Source: Candidatus Omnitrophota bacterium
Lineage (GTDB): Bacteria; Omnitrophota; Gorgyraeia; JABMRG01
DNA: 64,000 nt
NCBI GenBank assembly: GCA_028716165.1
Contig: JAQUQI010000003.1
Coordinates: 55,966 to 119,965 of the forward strand
Direction of reading: 5' to 3'
A program made the position numbers and the translations under genes. Below are positions 20,932-30,684 of the stretch, piece by piece; position 1 is the stretch's first letter; each line of letters opens with the position of its first letter. The notes under the pieces were generated by a model. It was not told the origin of the DNA. It searched no databases and saw nothing but the letters and a program-made list of their open reading frames with translations.

Positions 20932-22221
20932 ATGAATATATTGTATGATATCGCTTTCATATTTTTTTTGTTTTTTTATTTGCCGGTATTTTTTTTAAAG
21001 AGAAGAAAACGCGAGGGTATTTTGATCAGGCTGGGTTTTTATCCAAAAAGCCTAAAAGCCCTGCTTGCGGATAAAAAAAACATATGGGTCCATGCCGTGA
21101 GTGTCGGCGAAGTATTAGCCGCCGGACCGCTGATAAAGGCCTTGCATGAAAACCGCCCGGGATACAGGGTTGTTCTTTCGGTGGTTACGGAGACAGGCTA
21201 CCGCGCCGCGAAAAAAATATTGCCTGATAAAGACATTGCACTATACCTGCCGTTTGACCTTAGTTTTATTGTAAAGAAAGCCTTAGGTTATGTCAGGCCT
21301 GTTTTGCTTATACTCATGGAAACGGAGTTGTGGCCTAACCTGATATTGTTCGCGCATAAAATGAAGGTCAAGGTTTTTCTGGTTAATGGCAGGATATCGG
21401 ATAAGTCTTTTAAGAAATACCGTGTTATAAGAAGTTTATTGTCGCCTGCCGTAAAACGCGTGGGCGCATTCTGCATGCAGACTCAAGAATATGCCGAAAG
21501 GATAAAATTTTTAGGCGCGCCGGCGGAAAAGATAAAAGTAACAGGCAATATGAAATTTGACGGCGTTTTTCAGGGCGGTATTTCCTCAGGCGGATGCGCC
21601 GGGCCTTTGGCCGAAGCGCTAAACATTGAGCCAGGCCAAAGATTAATAGTCGCGGGCAGTACCCATCAAGGCGAGGACGAGTTAATATTAAACGCCTGGG
21701 CGAATTTGAAAAAAAACCATACCGGTTTAAAGCTTGTTATCGTTCCAAGGCATATTGAACGCTGCCAGGACATAGCGCGCCTTGTAAGGCGCTTAGGCTG
21801 TCAGCCTGTGTTTTTTTCGCGCCTGCAAAAAGGGGCACGCGTTTCGTCCGGCCAGGTAGTGGTTGTTGATGTTATTGGTATTCTTAGTTCTATCTATGGT
21901 ATCGCCTATATGGTTTTTGTAGGCGGAAGCCTGGTCCGTCGCGGAGGCCATAATATAGTAGAGCCCGCGGCCCTATCTAAGCCTATAATATTGGGCCCGC
22001 ATACCTTTAATTTTCGCGATATGGTCGCTGTGTTTTTAGAAAAAGAGGCTGTCGTGATTGCCAAAGACGGAAGTTCTCTGGAAAGGATTATGGAAGGCCT
22101 GTTAAAGGATGAAACCCGGGCCGAAAGGCTTGGCCAAAAAGCGGCTCTTGTGGTAAAATCAAATACGGGCGCCGCGCAAAGGACATTGCGTATTATAGAA
22201 CATGAAGCGATATTTTCATAA
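20932..22221 (+). CDS. waaA: 3-deoxy-D-manno-octulosonic acid (Kdo) transferase
   Basis: GT30 WaaA/KdtA signature: N-terminal membrane anchor, HAVSVGE motif and C-terminal GT-B domain (GGSLV..GGHN..EPAAL). Confidence 0.85.
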   Translation: MNILYDIAFIFFLFFYLPVFFLKRRKREGILIRLGFYPKSLKALLADKKNIWVHAVSVGEVLAAGPLIKALHENRPGYRVVLSVVTETGYRAAKKILPDKDIALYLPFDLSFIVKKALGYVRPVLLILMETELWPNLILFAHKMKVKVFLVNGRISDKSFKKYRVIRSLLSPAVKRVGAFCMQTQEYAERIKFLGAPAEKIKVTGNMKFDGVFQGGISSGGCAGPLAEALNIEPGQRLIVAGSTHQGEDELILNAWANLKKNHTGLKLVIVPRHIERCQDIARLVRRLGCQPVFFSRLQKGARVSSGQVVVVDVIGILSSIYGIAYMVFVGGSLVRRGGHNIVEPAALSKPIILGPHTFNFRDMVAVFLEKEAVVIAKDGSSLERIMEGLLKDETRAERLGQKAALVVKSNTGAAQRTLRIIEHEAIFS

Positions 22222-23239
22222 TTTGATTACAGGCGAAAGACGTGTCGCGTTTGGGCCTATTTTAAGGCCTTTTCTCTTATTTGCCTCATTGTTATTTTTT
22301 CTTGCGGCAAAAGTAAGGTTCTTTTTGTATAAGAGCGGGGTGTTCTGTTGTAAAAAACTGCCTGTTCCGGTCATAAGCGTCGGTAATATTACCTGGGGCG
22401 GTACGGGCAAGACGCCGCTTGTTGAGGCAATACTCTTATGGCTTAATGCCGCGCGCTTATCTCCGGTATTATTGACACGCGGTTACGGAAATGATGAAGA
22501 CAAAATGGTGTCCTCGCGTTTTCCAAACGTGTTTGTATTAAGCGGAAAGCGCAGGCTGCGCAATGCCTTAAATTATCTTAAAACGGCCCATGCCGGCGTT
22601 TTTATTCTGGATGATGGTTTTCAGCATCTTGGTATATCAAGAGACATTGATATAGTTACTGTCAGCGCGGTATCGCCTTTTGGAAATAGCCGGCTTATAC
22701 CTGCCGGAAGCCTGCGAGAGCCTATAAGCGCGCTTAAACGCGCCGATATCATAGTTTTGACAAAGGCAGACCTTGTCACGGATAAACAACTTTCCCGCAT
22801 AAGCCGCTTCGTTCGGGCCGCATCAAACGGCGCTTTGATATTTTACGCAAGGCATGTACCTGTGTCTTTAAAAATATCCGGCATCCGGGAAAAAGGCCTT
22901 GAATATATAAAAGGTAAACAGGTTATCTGCGTTTCGGCATTGGCCGATAACCGGTCTTTTGTGAAAACAGTGGAAAATCTCGGTGCCACATGTGTTGATT
23001 CTTTCTCTTATATTGACCATCACTTATATACCGGCTGTGATGTTGACAGGATCTTGCAGGCATCAAAAAGACGCGGTGTTGATATTGTTTTAACAACGGA
23101 AAAGGATTGGGTAAAATTGGCCCCATTGACGGCAAAGCCCGGCATAGGCGGCATAGAGTTTACGGTATTAAGGGTGGAGTTGAAAATAACCGAAGAAGAG
23201 GTTTTCTATGGGCGGTTATCTGCTTTATTTCATAGCTAA
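22202..23239 (+). CDS. lpxK: tetraacyldisaccharide 4'-kinase
   Basis: P-loop (ISVGNITWGGTGKTP) after an N-terminal membrane helix; overlaps waaA by 20 nt. Confidence 0.85.
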   Translation: MKRYFHNLITGERRVAFGPILRPFLLFASLLFFLAAKVRFFLYKSGVFCCKKLPVPVISVGNITWGGTGKTPLVEAILLWLNAARLSPVLLTRGYGNDEDKMVSSRFPNVFVLSGKRRLRNALNYLKTAHAGVFILDDGFQHLGISRDIDIVTVSAVSPFGNSRLIPAGSLREPISALKRADIIVLTKADLVTDKQLSRISRFVRAASNGALIFYARHVPVSLKISGIREKGLEYIKGKQVICVSALADNRSFVKTVENLGATCVDSFSYIDHHLYTGCDVDRILQASKRRGVDIVLTTEKDWVKLAPLTAKPGIGGIEFTVLRVELKITEEEVFYGRLSALFHS

Positions 23240-25145
23240 GGGGTTTGCCTTATTTTTTAGGGCCATGCCTCTGGGCCTTTCAATAGCTATTGCCAGAATG
23301 CTGGGCATATGCTCAATGTTTATCAATACCAAGCGTTACAGGATTTCTTATGCCAATCTTAAGGCCGCGCTTGGCCATAGATATGGCCCGCGCCAGATCA
23401 AGAAAATTCTAAAGAATACGTATGCCAATATAGGCCAGGGCATGATGGAGGTCTTCCTCCTGCCCGGCATAGATGACTCTTACATAGAGCGTTATATAAC
23501 ATTTGAAAATTTTGGCATAGCTCAAGATGTCCTTGCCCGCGGTAAAGGCCTGATATTCCTTACGGCGCATTTCGGTACATGGGAGATATCCCACGCGGCA
23601 TTGCCTTATAAAGGGCTGTGCTATAAGGGTATAGCAAGACAGCAAAAACCTTATATTCTTGACAATTTGCTTAATAGCTACAGGCAGTCACATGGTTGCA
23701 GGATACTTATAAAAGGCCCCGCGATAAAAGAGGCCTTGAGAACATTGCGTTCTAACGGCATAGTAGGCATGCTTGTTGACCAGGATGCCGGAAAAAAGGG
23801 TATATTCACGGATCTGTTTAAAAGGCCTGCTTCATGGCACAGGGGGGTTGTGGAGATAGCTCTAAGGTCAGGCGCGGGTATAGTGCCTGGTTTTGCGATA
23901 AGACAAAAAGGCCCCTATGTAAAGTTTAAACTTTTTCCGGCTCTTTGCCTGAAAAGCCATTTGCCTGACGAGGAGGCTATAGCGGATGCCATGGTTCAAT
24001 ACGCGGCCGTGCTTGAAGATATGATAAGCGCCTATCCGGATCAGTGGTTATGGCAGCATAGGCGCTGGAAGTCAACTACTGTGCGTAAAGTTATCGTTCT
24101 TAATGATAAAAAAACGGGGCATCTAAAACAGTCGCAGAAGGTGGCAGAAATTATAAGGTGTATATGGCAGGAGAGAGGATATGATCCCGACGGCATAAGG
24201 GTGGATATCATTGACGTAGAATTTAAAAACGGCACGCGAAAGCATATGCTTTCCGCCCTGGCTAATTTTTCCAGCATCTTTTGCCAGGGGTGCATGAGGT
24301 GTGCCAGAGCCGCGTTAAAAGAGGCCTCTTATGAGCGGCTTATAAAAAGCTATGCTGATATATACATATCGTGCGGGTCCTCTACAGCGTCAGTCAATCT
24401 GCTTTTTGGCAGGGAGAATAATGCCAAGTCTATCGCCGTAATGAAGCCAGCTTCCGCCGCGGTAAGATATTTTGACCTTGTAATAGCTCCCAGGCATGAC
24501 GGCCTAAGGCCAGGGAAAAATGTCGTGGTAACGGACGCGGCCTTGAGCATAATAAGAAAAGACAAATTGTCTTTATGCCAAAGCCGTAAGCTCTTTACCC
24601 CGGATACCGGCAGTAAAGGGTCCATAGGTGTCCTTATGGGAGGGGACACTAAAAATTTTGTTATGGATATTAACAAGGTAAGTGAGATTATAGAGTCTGC
24701 TGTCAGGATATGCTCCGAACGGAATATGGATTTATTTGTCTCTACATCAAGAAGGACTCCGGCCCATATAAGCGATTATCTTAAGAAAAGGCTTTCTGCG
24801 CCGGCGGTATGCAAGCTATTGGTGATAGCAAATGAATACAATCCGCCGCTTGCTGTAGAATCCATACTGGCTTTGTCGGATATCCTGCTTGTTTCAGAGG
24901 AATCGGTTTCCATGGTATCAGAGGCCGCTTCATCGCGCGGATATAGCATTGTCTTCAGGCAGGGTGATTACCGCAGTAAAAGGCATAATAGGTTTTTGTC
25001 CGGTCTGGAAAAAGCAGGTTATATACAGACAGCAGGATACAAGGACGTTTACGATGCTGTAATAAAGGCGCTTGAGCTTGGCCTTAGGCAGAATATAGTA
25101 GATGATGACAGTCGCGTGAAAAAAGCCCTTGAAGGGCTGATTTAG
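23208..25145 (+). CDS. fusion protein: lipid A late acyltransferase (LpxL/HtrB-like LPLAT) N-terminal domain plus ELM1/DUF1022-like GT-B-fold C-terminal domain
   Basis: Residues 1 to about 290 show the lauroyl/myristoyl acyltransferase pattern (membrane helix, HFGTWE-type H(X)4E-like motif, YPDQWLWQHRRWK tail). Residues from about 300 to 645 form a separate domain resembling bacterial ELM1-family proteins; the ELM1 assignment is from recollection of the family. Confidence 0.65.
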   Translation: MGGYLLYFIAKGFALFFRAMPLGLSIAIARMLGICSMFINTKRYRISYANLKAALGHRYGPRQIKKILKNTYANIGQGMMEVFLLPGIDDSYIERYITFENFGIAQDVLARGKGLIFLTAHFGTWEISHAALPYKGLCYKGIARQQKPYILDNLLNSYRQSHGCRILIKGPAIKEALRTLRSNGIVGMLVDQDAGKKGIFTDLFKRPASWHRGVVEIALRSGAGIVPGFAIRQKGPYVKFKLFPALCLKSHLPDEEAIADAMVQYAAVLEDMISAYPDQWLWQHRRWKSTTVRKVIVLNDKKTGHLKQSQKVAEIIRCIWQERGYDPDGIRVDIIDVEFKNGTRKHMLSALANFSSIFCQGCMRCARAALKEASYERLIKSYADIYISCGSSTASVNLLFGRENNAKSIAVMKPASAAVRYFDLVIAPRHDGLRPGKNVVVTDAALSIIRKDKLSLCQSRKLFTPDTGSKGSIGVLMGGDTKNFVMDINKVSEIIESAVRICSERNMDLFVSTSRRTPAHISDYLKKRLSAPAVCKLLVIANEYNPPLAVESILALSDILLVSEESVSMVSEAASSRGYSIVFRQGDYRSKRHNRFLSGLEKAGYIQTAGYKDVYDAVIKALELGLRQNIVDDDSRVKKALEGLI

Positions 25146-25248
25146 CGATGAATAGGCGCGCGGGCTTTTGGCTATGGCACGCGGTTTAGCAAGGCCGATT
25201 ATCTGAACGGACGCGGAATCCTTTATCTGAAACGAAAGAAATATTTAT

Positions 25249-27351
25249 ATGAATATATTGCAAGTTGTACCGGAGCTTAATAGCGGCGGGGTTGAAACAG
25301 GGACGATAGACCTTGCCAAACAATTAGTCAAACATGGGCATAAAGCGGTAATCATTTCAAACGGCGGAAGGATGCTTAATGAGATTGTCTCAACCGGCAT
25401 TATCCACTATTGCCTGCCTGTGCATGAAAAATCCCCCTTTACCGTATTAACCATGGTGGATAAGATAAAAGATATAATTTCCAGGGAAGGGATAGATATT
25501 GTCCATGCCCGCAGCAGGGTGCCGGCATTTTCAGCTTTTTTTGCCGCCAGGGCCCTTGGCATTCCTTTTATTACCACCTGCCACGGCCATTATTCAAGGC
25601 ATCTGCTAAGCAGGGTAATGGGCTGGGGCAAGTTTGTCATAGTGCCGAGTAATGTCGTGGCCAGCCATATGATCCGGAACTTTAAGGTGCCCCTGCAGAG
25701 GATAAGGCTGATACCCAGAGGCGTTGACCTGGATAGATTTGAATTTTACTCCTTATCGGGTAAGAAAAATAAAAAGGAATTTGCCATAGCGATTATAGGC
25801 CGTATCACCCCGATAAAAGGCCACATATATCTTATAAGGGCTATGTCAAAGGTCGCAAGGCTTATTCCTCATGTGAAATTATATATTATCGGCGCGCCGG
25901 CCGCGTCAAAACCCAAATACAAACAGGAGCTTGAGTCGCTTGTAAAACGCTTGTCGCTGGGCGCTTATGTGGAGTTTGCGGGAGATTGCGATAATGTGGC
26001 GCAGAGGCTCAAAGACATTGACCTGTTGATAGTCCCCTCTGTCGGCGAGGAAACTTTCGGCCGTGTTATAATTGAGGCGCAGGCTTCGGGTGTGCCTGTT
26101 ATCGCCAGCAGGATAGGAGGCATTGTTGACATAATAAAGGAAAACAATAACGGTATTTTGGTAAATCCGAGGGATTACAGCGGGCTGGCTGATGCCATTC
26201 TTAGTGTCATAAAAGACAAGTCCCTTCAAAATAAACTTTCCGAATCCGCCAGGGATTATGTTGAAAAGCATTTTACGCTTGAAGGCATGTATGATGCCAC
26301 GATGAAGGTCTATAAGGAGGCGAAAAGATCATTTAAAATACTGGTTATCAAATGGAGTGCTTTAGGTGACATAATACTGTCTCTGGCATCTTTAAAGGCG
26401 CTTAGGTTGAAATTCCCCGAAGCTGAAATAGCACTTTTTACAAGCAGGCAGGGCATTGAAATAGCAGGCAGATATTGTTATATGGATGAATTCTTCGTCG
26501 CGAAAAATCTCCGCTTTAGGCAAGGATTGCCGGGCCTGCTTGAGGCCGCTTCCGAGTTAAGGAGGTTTGCCCCCGACCTGGTATGCGATCTGCAGAACAA
26601 TAAAAAGAGCCATTTATTGTCTTTTTTATCTTGCGCCCGCCGGCGCCTGGGATACAAGAGCGGGAAGCTGGATTTTCTCATGAACGAAGCTATTGACGGC
26701 GCGCGGGATATATTGTCACCTGTAAGCCACCAATTCAGATTGCTTGAAAAGCTGGGCATAGATTCCATCCCAGAATCCGATACTCTCCCTATTACTGATA
26801 AAGAATCTGCTTATGCCGATGAGCTGATAAGGGAAAGCTGGATAGGCCCTGGCCAGAAGATAGTAGGCGTTAATTTTGCCGCCAGCGGCAGATGGCAGAC
26901 AAAGAGATGGGGCGCGGAAAACATAGCAAAACTTTCCGACCTGCTTGCCGCCGATAATATAAGAGTATTTATAACAGGCCTCAAAGATGATTCGGCCCAG
27001 GCAAAAAAGATCGCCGCGCTTTCAAAGAGCAAGCCCTTTGACATAACCGGAAGGACCAATATAATGCAGTTAGTGTCATTCATAAAAAGATGCGATGTTT
27101 TTATATCAGGCGACTCCGCGCCTATGCATATAGCCGGCATGTGCGGCGTTCCTTTTATCGCTTTGTTCGGGCCTACTGATCCTAAGAGGCATTTCCAGCA
27201 TACTGCCATTGACAGTGGTAAGAGCAGGTTTATATACAAAAAACCCAAATGCTCGCCTTGTTATAAATGCAAATGCCGCCGCATGGACTGCATGAAGGGC
27301 ATAATGCCCGAAGAAGTATACGCGGCCGTAAAAGATATATTGGAGAAATAG
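25249..27351 (+). CDS. fusion protein: GT4 glycosyltransferase (N-terminal) plus GT9 LPS heptosyltransferase (C-terminal)
   Basis: N-terminal GT4 GT-B domain with the EX7E motif (EETFGRVIIEAQASGVPVIASRIGGI). C-terminal half begins FKILVIKWSALGDIILSLASLKAL, typical of ADP-heptose:LPS heptosyltransferases, with the conserved GDSAPMHIA motif; single 700-aa ORF. Confidence 0.75.
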   Translation: MNILQVVPELNSGGVETGTIDLAKQLVKHGHKAVIISNGGRMLNEIVSTGIIHYCLPVHEKSPFTVLTMVDKIKDIISREGIDIVHARSRVPAFSAFFAARALGIPFITTCHGHYSRHLLSRVMGWGKFVIVPSNVVASHMIRNFKVPLQRIRLIPRGVDLDRFEFYSLSGKKNKKEFAIAIIGRITPIKGHIYLIRAMSKVARLIPHVKLYIIGAPAASKPKYKQELESLVKRLSLGAYVEFAGDCDNVAQRLKDIDLLIVPSVGEETFGRVIIEAQASGVPVIASRIGGIVDIIKENNNGILVNPRDYSGLADAILSVIKDKSLQNKLSESARDYVEKHFTLEGMYDATMKVYKEAKRSFKILVIKWSALGDIILSLASLKALRLKFPEAEIALFTSRQGIEIAGRYCYMDEFFVAKNLRFRQGLPGLLEAASELRRFAPDLVCDLQNNKKSHLLSFLSCARRRLGYKSGKLDFLMNEAIDGARDILSPVSHQFRLLEKLGIDSIPESDTLPITDKESAYADELIRESWIGPGQKIVGVNFAASGRWQTKRWGAENIAKLSDLLAADNIRVFITGLKDDSAQAKKIAALSKSKPFDITGRTNIMQLVSFIKRCDVFISGDSAPMHIAGMCGVPFIALFGPTDPKRHFQHTAIDSGKSRFIYKKPKCSPCYKCKCRRMDCMKGIMPEEVYAAVKDILEK

Positions 27352-27354
27352 TAT

Positions 27355-28461
27355 ATGAAAATATTGATAGTGACAACGCATCTTGACTTAGGCGGCATAG
27401 GAGTATACACATTGTCTCTTTCATCCGCCTTAAAAGAGGCGGGCATTGAGGTTGTGGTTGCCTCAAGCGGGGGAAGCCTCGCCCATGAGCTTGAAAGGGC
27501 CGGCATAGAACACATTACTATACCGGTTAATACGAGTTCTGACATAGGATTCCACACGCTTATCAGTGTTGCCAGGCTTTCATCATTAGTAAAAGAGCGC
27601 GGCATTGATATTGTCCATGCCCAGACCAGGGTAAGCCAGGTTATAGCTTATTTCTTGTGCCGCAAAACAGGGGCCGGTTTTGTTTCAACATGCCACGGTT
27701 TTTTCAAGATGAAATGGTTTAGGCATATTCTGCCCTGCTGGGGCGAACGCACAATAGCCGTAAGTGAAGCAGTAAGACAGCATTTGGTCTGCGACCTCAA
27801 AGTTCCTAAAGAGCGTATCAGCACTATCCATAACGGCATTGACCCGAGAAGATTCAATCCTGATGTGTCTGCTGCTGACAAAGGGCTTATTAGGAAGCAA
27901 TACTGCCTGGGCCCCGGGCCTGTTGTAGGAATTGTTTCCCGGCTGTCAAAGGTAAAAGGCCATAAGTATTTGATAGGCGCTTTCGCGAAACTTTTGCAGA
28001 TGATACCAGATGCCCAATTACTGATAATAGGGGATGGCGCCCGCGGGTATAAAAACAGCTTGGTATCTTTGGCTTCCGATCTGGGCGTATCGTCAAAAAC
28101 GTTTTTTTATCCCTCATGTAAAGATACGACTATACCTCTTTCTGTTATAGATATATTTTGCCACCCGTCTCTGCAGGAGGGATTAGGGCTTTCAATATTG
28201 GAGGCAATGGCAATGCGCCTGCCTGTTATAGCTTCAAATGTGGGAGGCATATATACGCTTATAAAACATAGAATAAACGGCCTGTTGGTGCCTGCCATGA
28301 ATGAGTGCGCGCTCGCGGAAGGCATCGCGCAGATTATATCAGACCCTGACATGGCCCGCAGGATGGGTATTGCTTCAAGGCAGGCAGTGCTTAGGGATTT
28401 TACCCTTGACATTATGAGGGATAAGGTCATAGAAGTCTATGAACAACTTATAAGGCGCTGA
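27355..28461 (+). CDS. GT4 family glycosyltransferase (LPS core)
   Basis: Paralog of the N-terminal half of the preceding fusion (TCHG motif, EX7E motif QEGLGLSILEAMAMRLPVIASNVGGI). Confidence 0.8.
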   Translation: MKILIVTTHLDLGGIGVYTLSLSSALKEAGIEVVVASSGGSLAHELERAGIEHITIPVNTSSDIGFHTLISVARLSSLVKERGIDIVHAQTRVSQVIAYFLCRKTGAGFVSTCHGFFKMKWFRHILPCWGERTIAVSEAVRQHLVCDLKVPKERISTIHNGIDPRRFNPDVSAADKGLIRKQYCLGPGPVVGIVSRLSKVKGHKYLIGAFAKLLQMIPDAQLLIIGDGARGYKNSLVSLASDLGVSSKTFFYPSCKDTTIPLSVIDIFCHPSLQEGLGLSILEAMAMRLPVIASNVGGIYTLIKHRINGLLVPAMNECALAEGIAQIISDPDMARRMGIASRQAVLRDFTLDIMRDKVIEVYEQLIRR

Positions 28462-28462
28462 T

Positions 28463-29500
28463 GTGTTTATGGATATGAAGAGAATACTTATTATAGAGCC
28501 TAACTGGCTTGGCGATATATTGTTTACAACCCCGTCGCTGCGCGCATTAAAAAAAACATACCCGTCAGCCTTTATAGTAGTCATGGCGCATCCCAGATGC
28601 GCCCAGATGCTTGAAGATAATCCCTGTATAGACAAATTGATACTGTTTGATGAAAGGCCGATTTTCGCGGGTTTTTTCAGAAAGATATTGTTTATACGTG
28701 AATTAAGGAAGATGGAATTTGACACGGTCATATCTTTTCACCGGTCAATGAGTAAACTTCTTATTGCCTGTCTGTCGGGCATACCGCGCCGATTAGGTTA
28801 TTATACCAGGAAGCGTTCATGGTTGTTAACCGATCCTGTGGCGGAAGACAAGAAGCCTTTGCACAGGGTTGAATATTTTTTGAAAATATTAAAAAAGGCG
28901 GGCATTAGCGGTGATAATAAAGATTACGAATTTCATATACCGGATAATATTATCAGGGACACGGCTGCTGTTATGTTTGATGCCGGCCTTGACCGTAATG
29001 AAAATTATTTTGTGGTCAATCCGGGCGGAAATTGGGACCAGAAGCGGTGGCCGCCGGATAAGTATTCCGCATTGTGCCGAAAGTTGCATGAAACATATAA
29101 GCTTAAGATACTTATTACGGGAGCGCAAAAAGATGTGCCTCTGGCCCGCCTGATAACAGGCTCTGCCGGGAAATCCGCCATTGATATTTGCGGCAAGACA
29201 ACACTCAAACAGCTTGCATGTATCATGCGTTACTCAAGGCTGGTTATCGCAGGCGACACAGGCCCCATGCACATAGCAATAAGCCAAAAGGCCCCTGTCA
29301 TTGCCTTATTTGGTCCGACATGTCCTGATATCACAGGGCCTTACGGCGCAGGAAGGTATAGGGTTTTGCGAAAATGGCATGATTGCGCCCTGCCTTGTTA
29401 TAAATTGTGCCCCGCGGCCATGTGCATGGATGCTATATCTGTTGACGATGTATTTGAGGCGGCAGAGGACTTGCTTCTTTCAGACGGCAAACTCGCCTAA
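28463..29500 (+). CDS. GT9 LPS heptosyltransferase
   Basis: RILIIEPNWLGDILFTTPSLRAL N-terminus and GDTGPMHIA motif of WaaC/WaaF-type heptosyltransferases. Confidence 0.8.
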   Translation: MFMDMKRILIIEPNWLGDILFTTPSLRALKKTYPSAFIVVMAHPRCAQMLEDNPCIDKLILFDERPIFAGFFRKILFIRELRKMEFDTVISFHRSMSKLLIACLSGIPRRLGYYTRKRSWLLTDPVAEDKKPLHRVEYFLKILKKAGISGDNKDYEFHIPDNIIRDTAAVMFDAGLDRNENYFVVNPGGNWDQKRWPPDKYSALCRKLHETYKLKILITGAQKDVPLARLITGSAGKSAIDICGKTTLKQLACIMRYSRLVIAGDTGPMHIAISQKAPVIALFGPTCPDITGPYGAGRYRVLRKWHDCALPCYKLCPAAMCMDAISVDDVFEAAEDLLLSDGKLA

Positions 29501-29523
29501 GGCGTAACCGGACAACCCGACAT

Positions 29524-30582
29524 ATGCTGCAAAGACAAAAACTAAAACGCGAAAAGATACTGCTTATCCGGACGGACAGGATAGGCGACCTCATACTTAC
29601 TACGCCGGCCATCAAGGCTGTGCGCTGTGCCTATCCCGGCGCGCATATTGCCATGATAGTCCGGCCGTATACTCAAGACATCGTCAGAGAAAATCCTTTC
29701 CTTGATGAGATTATTGTTTATGATAAACTCTCAAAGCACAGGTCATGGCTGGCCGGTTTTAGGTTTGCCATGGAGCTTAAGCGGAAGGGTTTTGGCATGG
29801 CTCTGATTTTTAACCCAACGAACAGGATGCATATAACGGCGTTTTTGGCAGGCATACCCCGCAGGATAGGTTACGATAATAAACTTAGGTTTTTGCTTAC
29901 GAATGCCGTAAAAAACACCAAGCACCTTGGTTTAAAACATGAGAGGGATTATGCTATTGACATGCTTAAGGCCGTGGGTATATATTCGGATGAAAAAGAG
30001 CTTTGTTTTAATGTAAACGGTTTTTCCGGCGAACGAGCGCGGGAGGCATTATTAGCGGAGGGAATAAATGACAAAGACAGGTTTGTCGTTATCCATCCCG
30101 GAGCGAGCTGTCCGTCCAAGATATGGCCGGCAGAGAGATTTGCCGGACTTGCGGATGCCCTTGTCCGTAGTTATGGCGTGAAGGTGGTTATTGTAAGCGG
30201 CGCGGCCGCTGCGGATTCGGCATGTGCCCTGTCTGTTCAAAGGTTTATGCAATATACGCCGGTATTATTTGCAGGCAGTCTGGACATAGGATGCCTGGCG
30301 GCCTTGATAAAAAAGTCGGTTTTATTCATATCTAATGACAGCGGCCCTGTCCATATAGCGGTTGCTGTAGGCACTCCGGTTGTTGATATATTCGGCCGTT
30401 CGCAGTCCGGACTCGGCCCGTTAAGGTGGGGGCCTTTAGGGCCCAGAGACATAGTTATGCATAAAGACGCAGGCTGCGGACAGGCATGCCTTGCGCACGA
30501 CTGCAAAAGGAATTTCGCGTGTTTATTGTCCGTCAGTGTAGATGATGTTTTTAAGGCCATCGCCTCCGCGGGGCTTTTATAA
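29524..30582 (+). CDS. GT9 LPS heptosyltransferase
   Basis: ILLIRTDRIGDLILTTPAIKAV N-terminus and NDSGPVHIA motif; third GT9 domain in the cluster. Confidence 0.8.
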   Translation: MLQRQKLKREKILLIRTDRIGDLILTTPAIKAVRCAYPGAHIAMIVRPYTQDIVRENPFLDEIIVYDKLSKHRSWLAGFRFAMELKRKGFGMALIFNPTNRMHITAFLAGIPRRIGYDNKLRFLLTNAVKNTKHLGLKHERDYAIDMLKAVGIYSDEKELCFNVNGFSGERAREALLAEGINDKDRFVVIHPGASCPSKIWPAERFAGLADALVRSYGVKVVIVSGAAAADSACALSVQRFMQYTPVLFAGSLDIGCLAALIKKSVLFISNDSGPVHIAVAVGTPVVDIFGRSQSGLGPLRWGPLGPRDIVMHKDAGCGQACLAHDCKRNFACLLSVSVDDVFKAIASAGLL

Positions 30583-30612
30583 TCCGCATACCCTATGACC
30601 TTATTAAACCCA

Positions 30613-30641
30613 TTGACACGTTTATATATACTTGTTATAAT
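30613..30641 (+). promoter_or_regulatory. sigma70-type promoter, exact consensus TTGACA-N17-TATAAT, upstream of hldE-kdsB-kdsA
   Basis: TTGACA 30613-30618, 17-nt spacer, TATAAT 30636-30641; 102-nt AT-rich gap between the last GT9 gene and the hldE kinase gene. Confidence 0.55.
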
Positions 30642-30684
30642 TATTACATTTAACGAGTTAAAAAACATAGTATATCGGGTTATT

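Noticed and set aside
28911-29153. Same-strand 80-aa ORFs nested in other frames of real genes (also 29301..29507, 37906..38097, 38472..38690, 41431..41643, 42250..42513, 48194..48457, 58467..58655)
   Set aside because: Each lies inside a well-supported gene in a different frame, with no independent RBS or motif.
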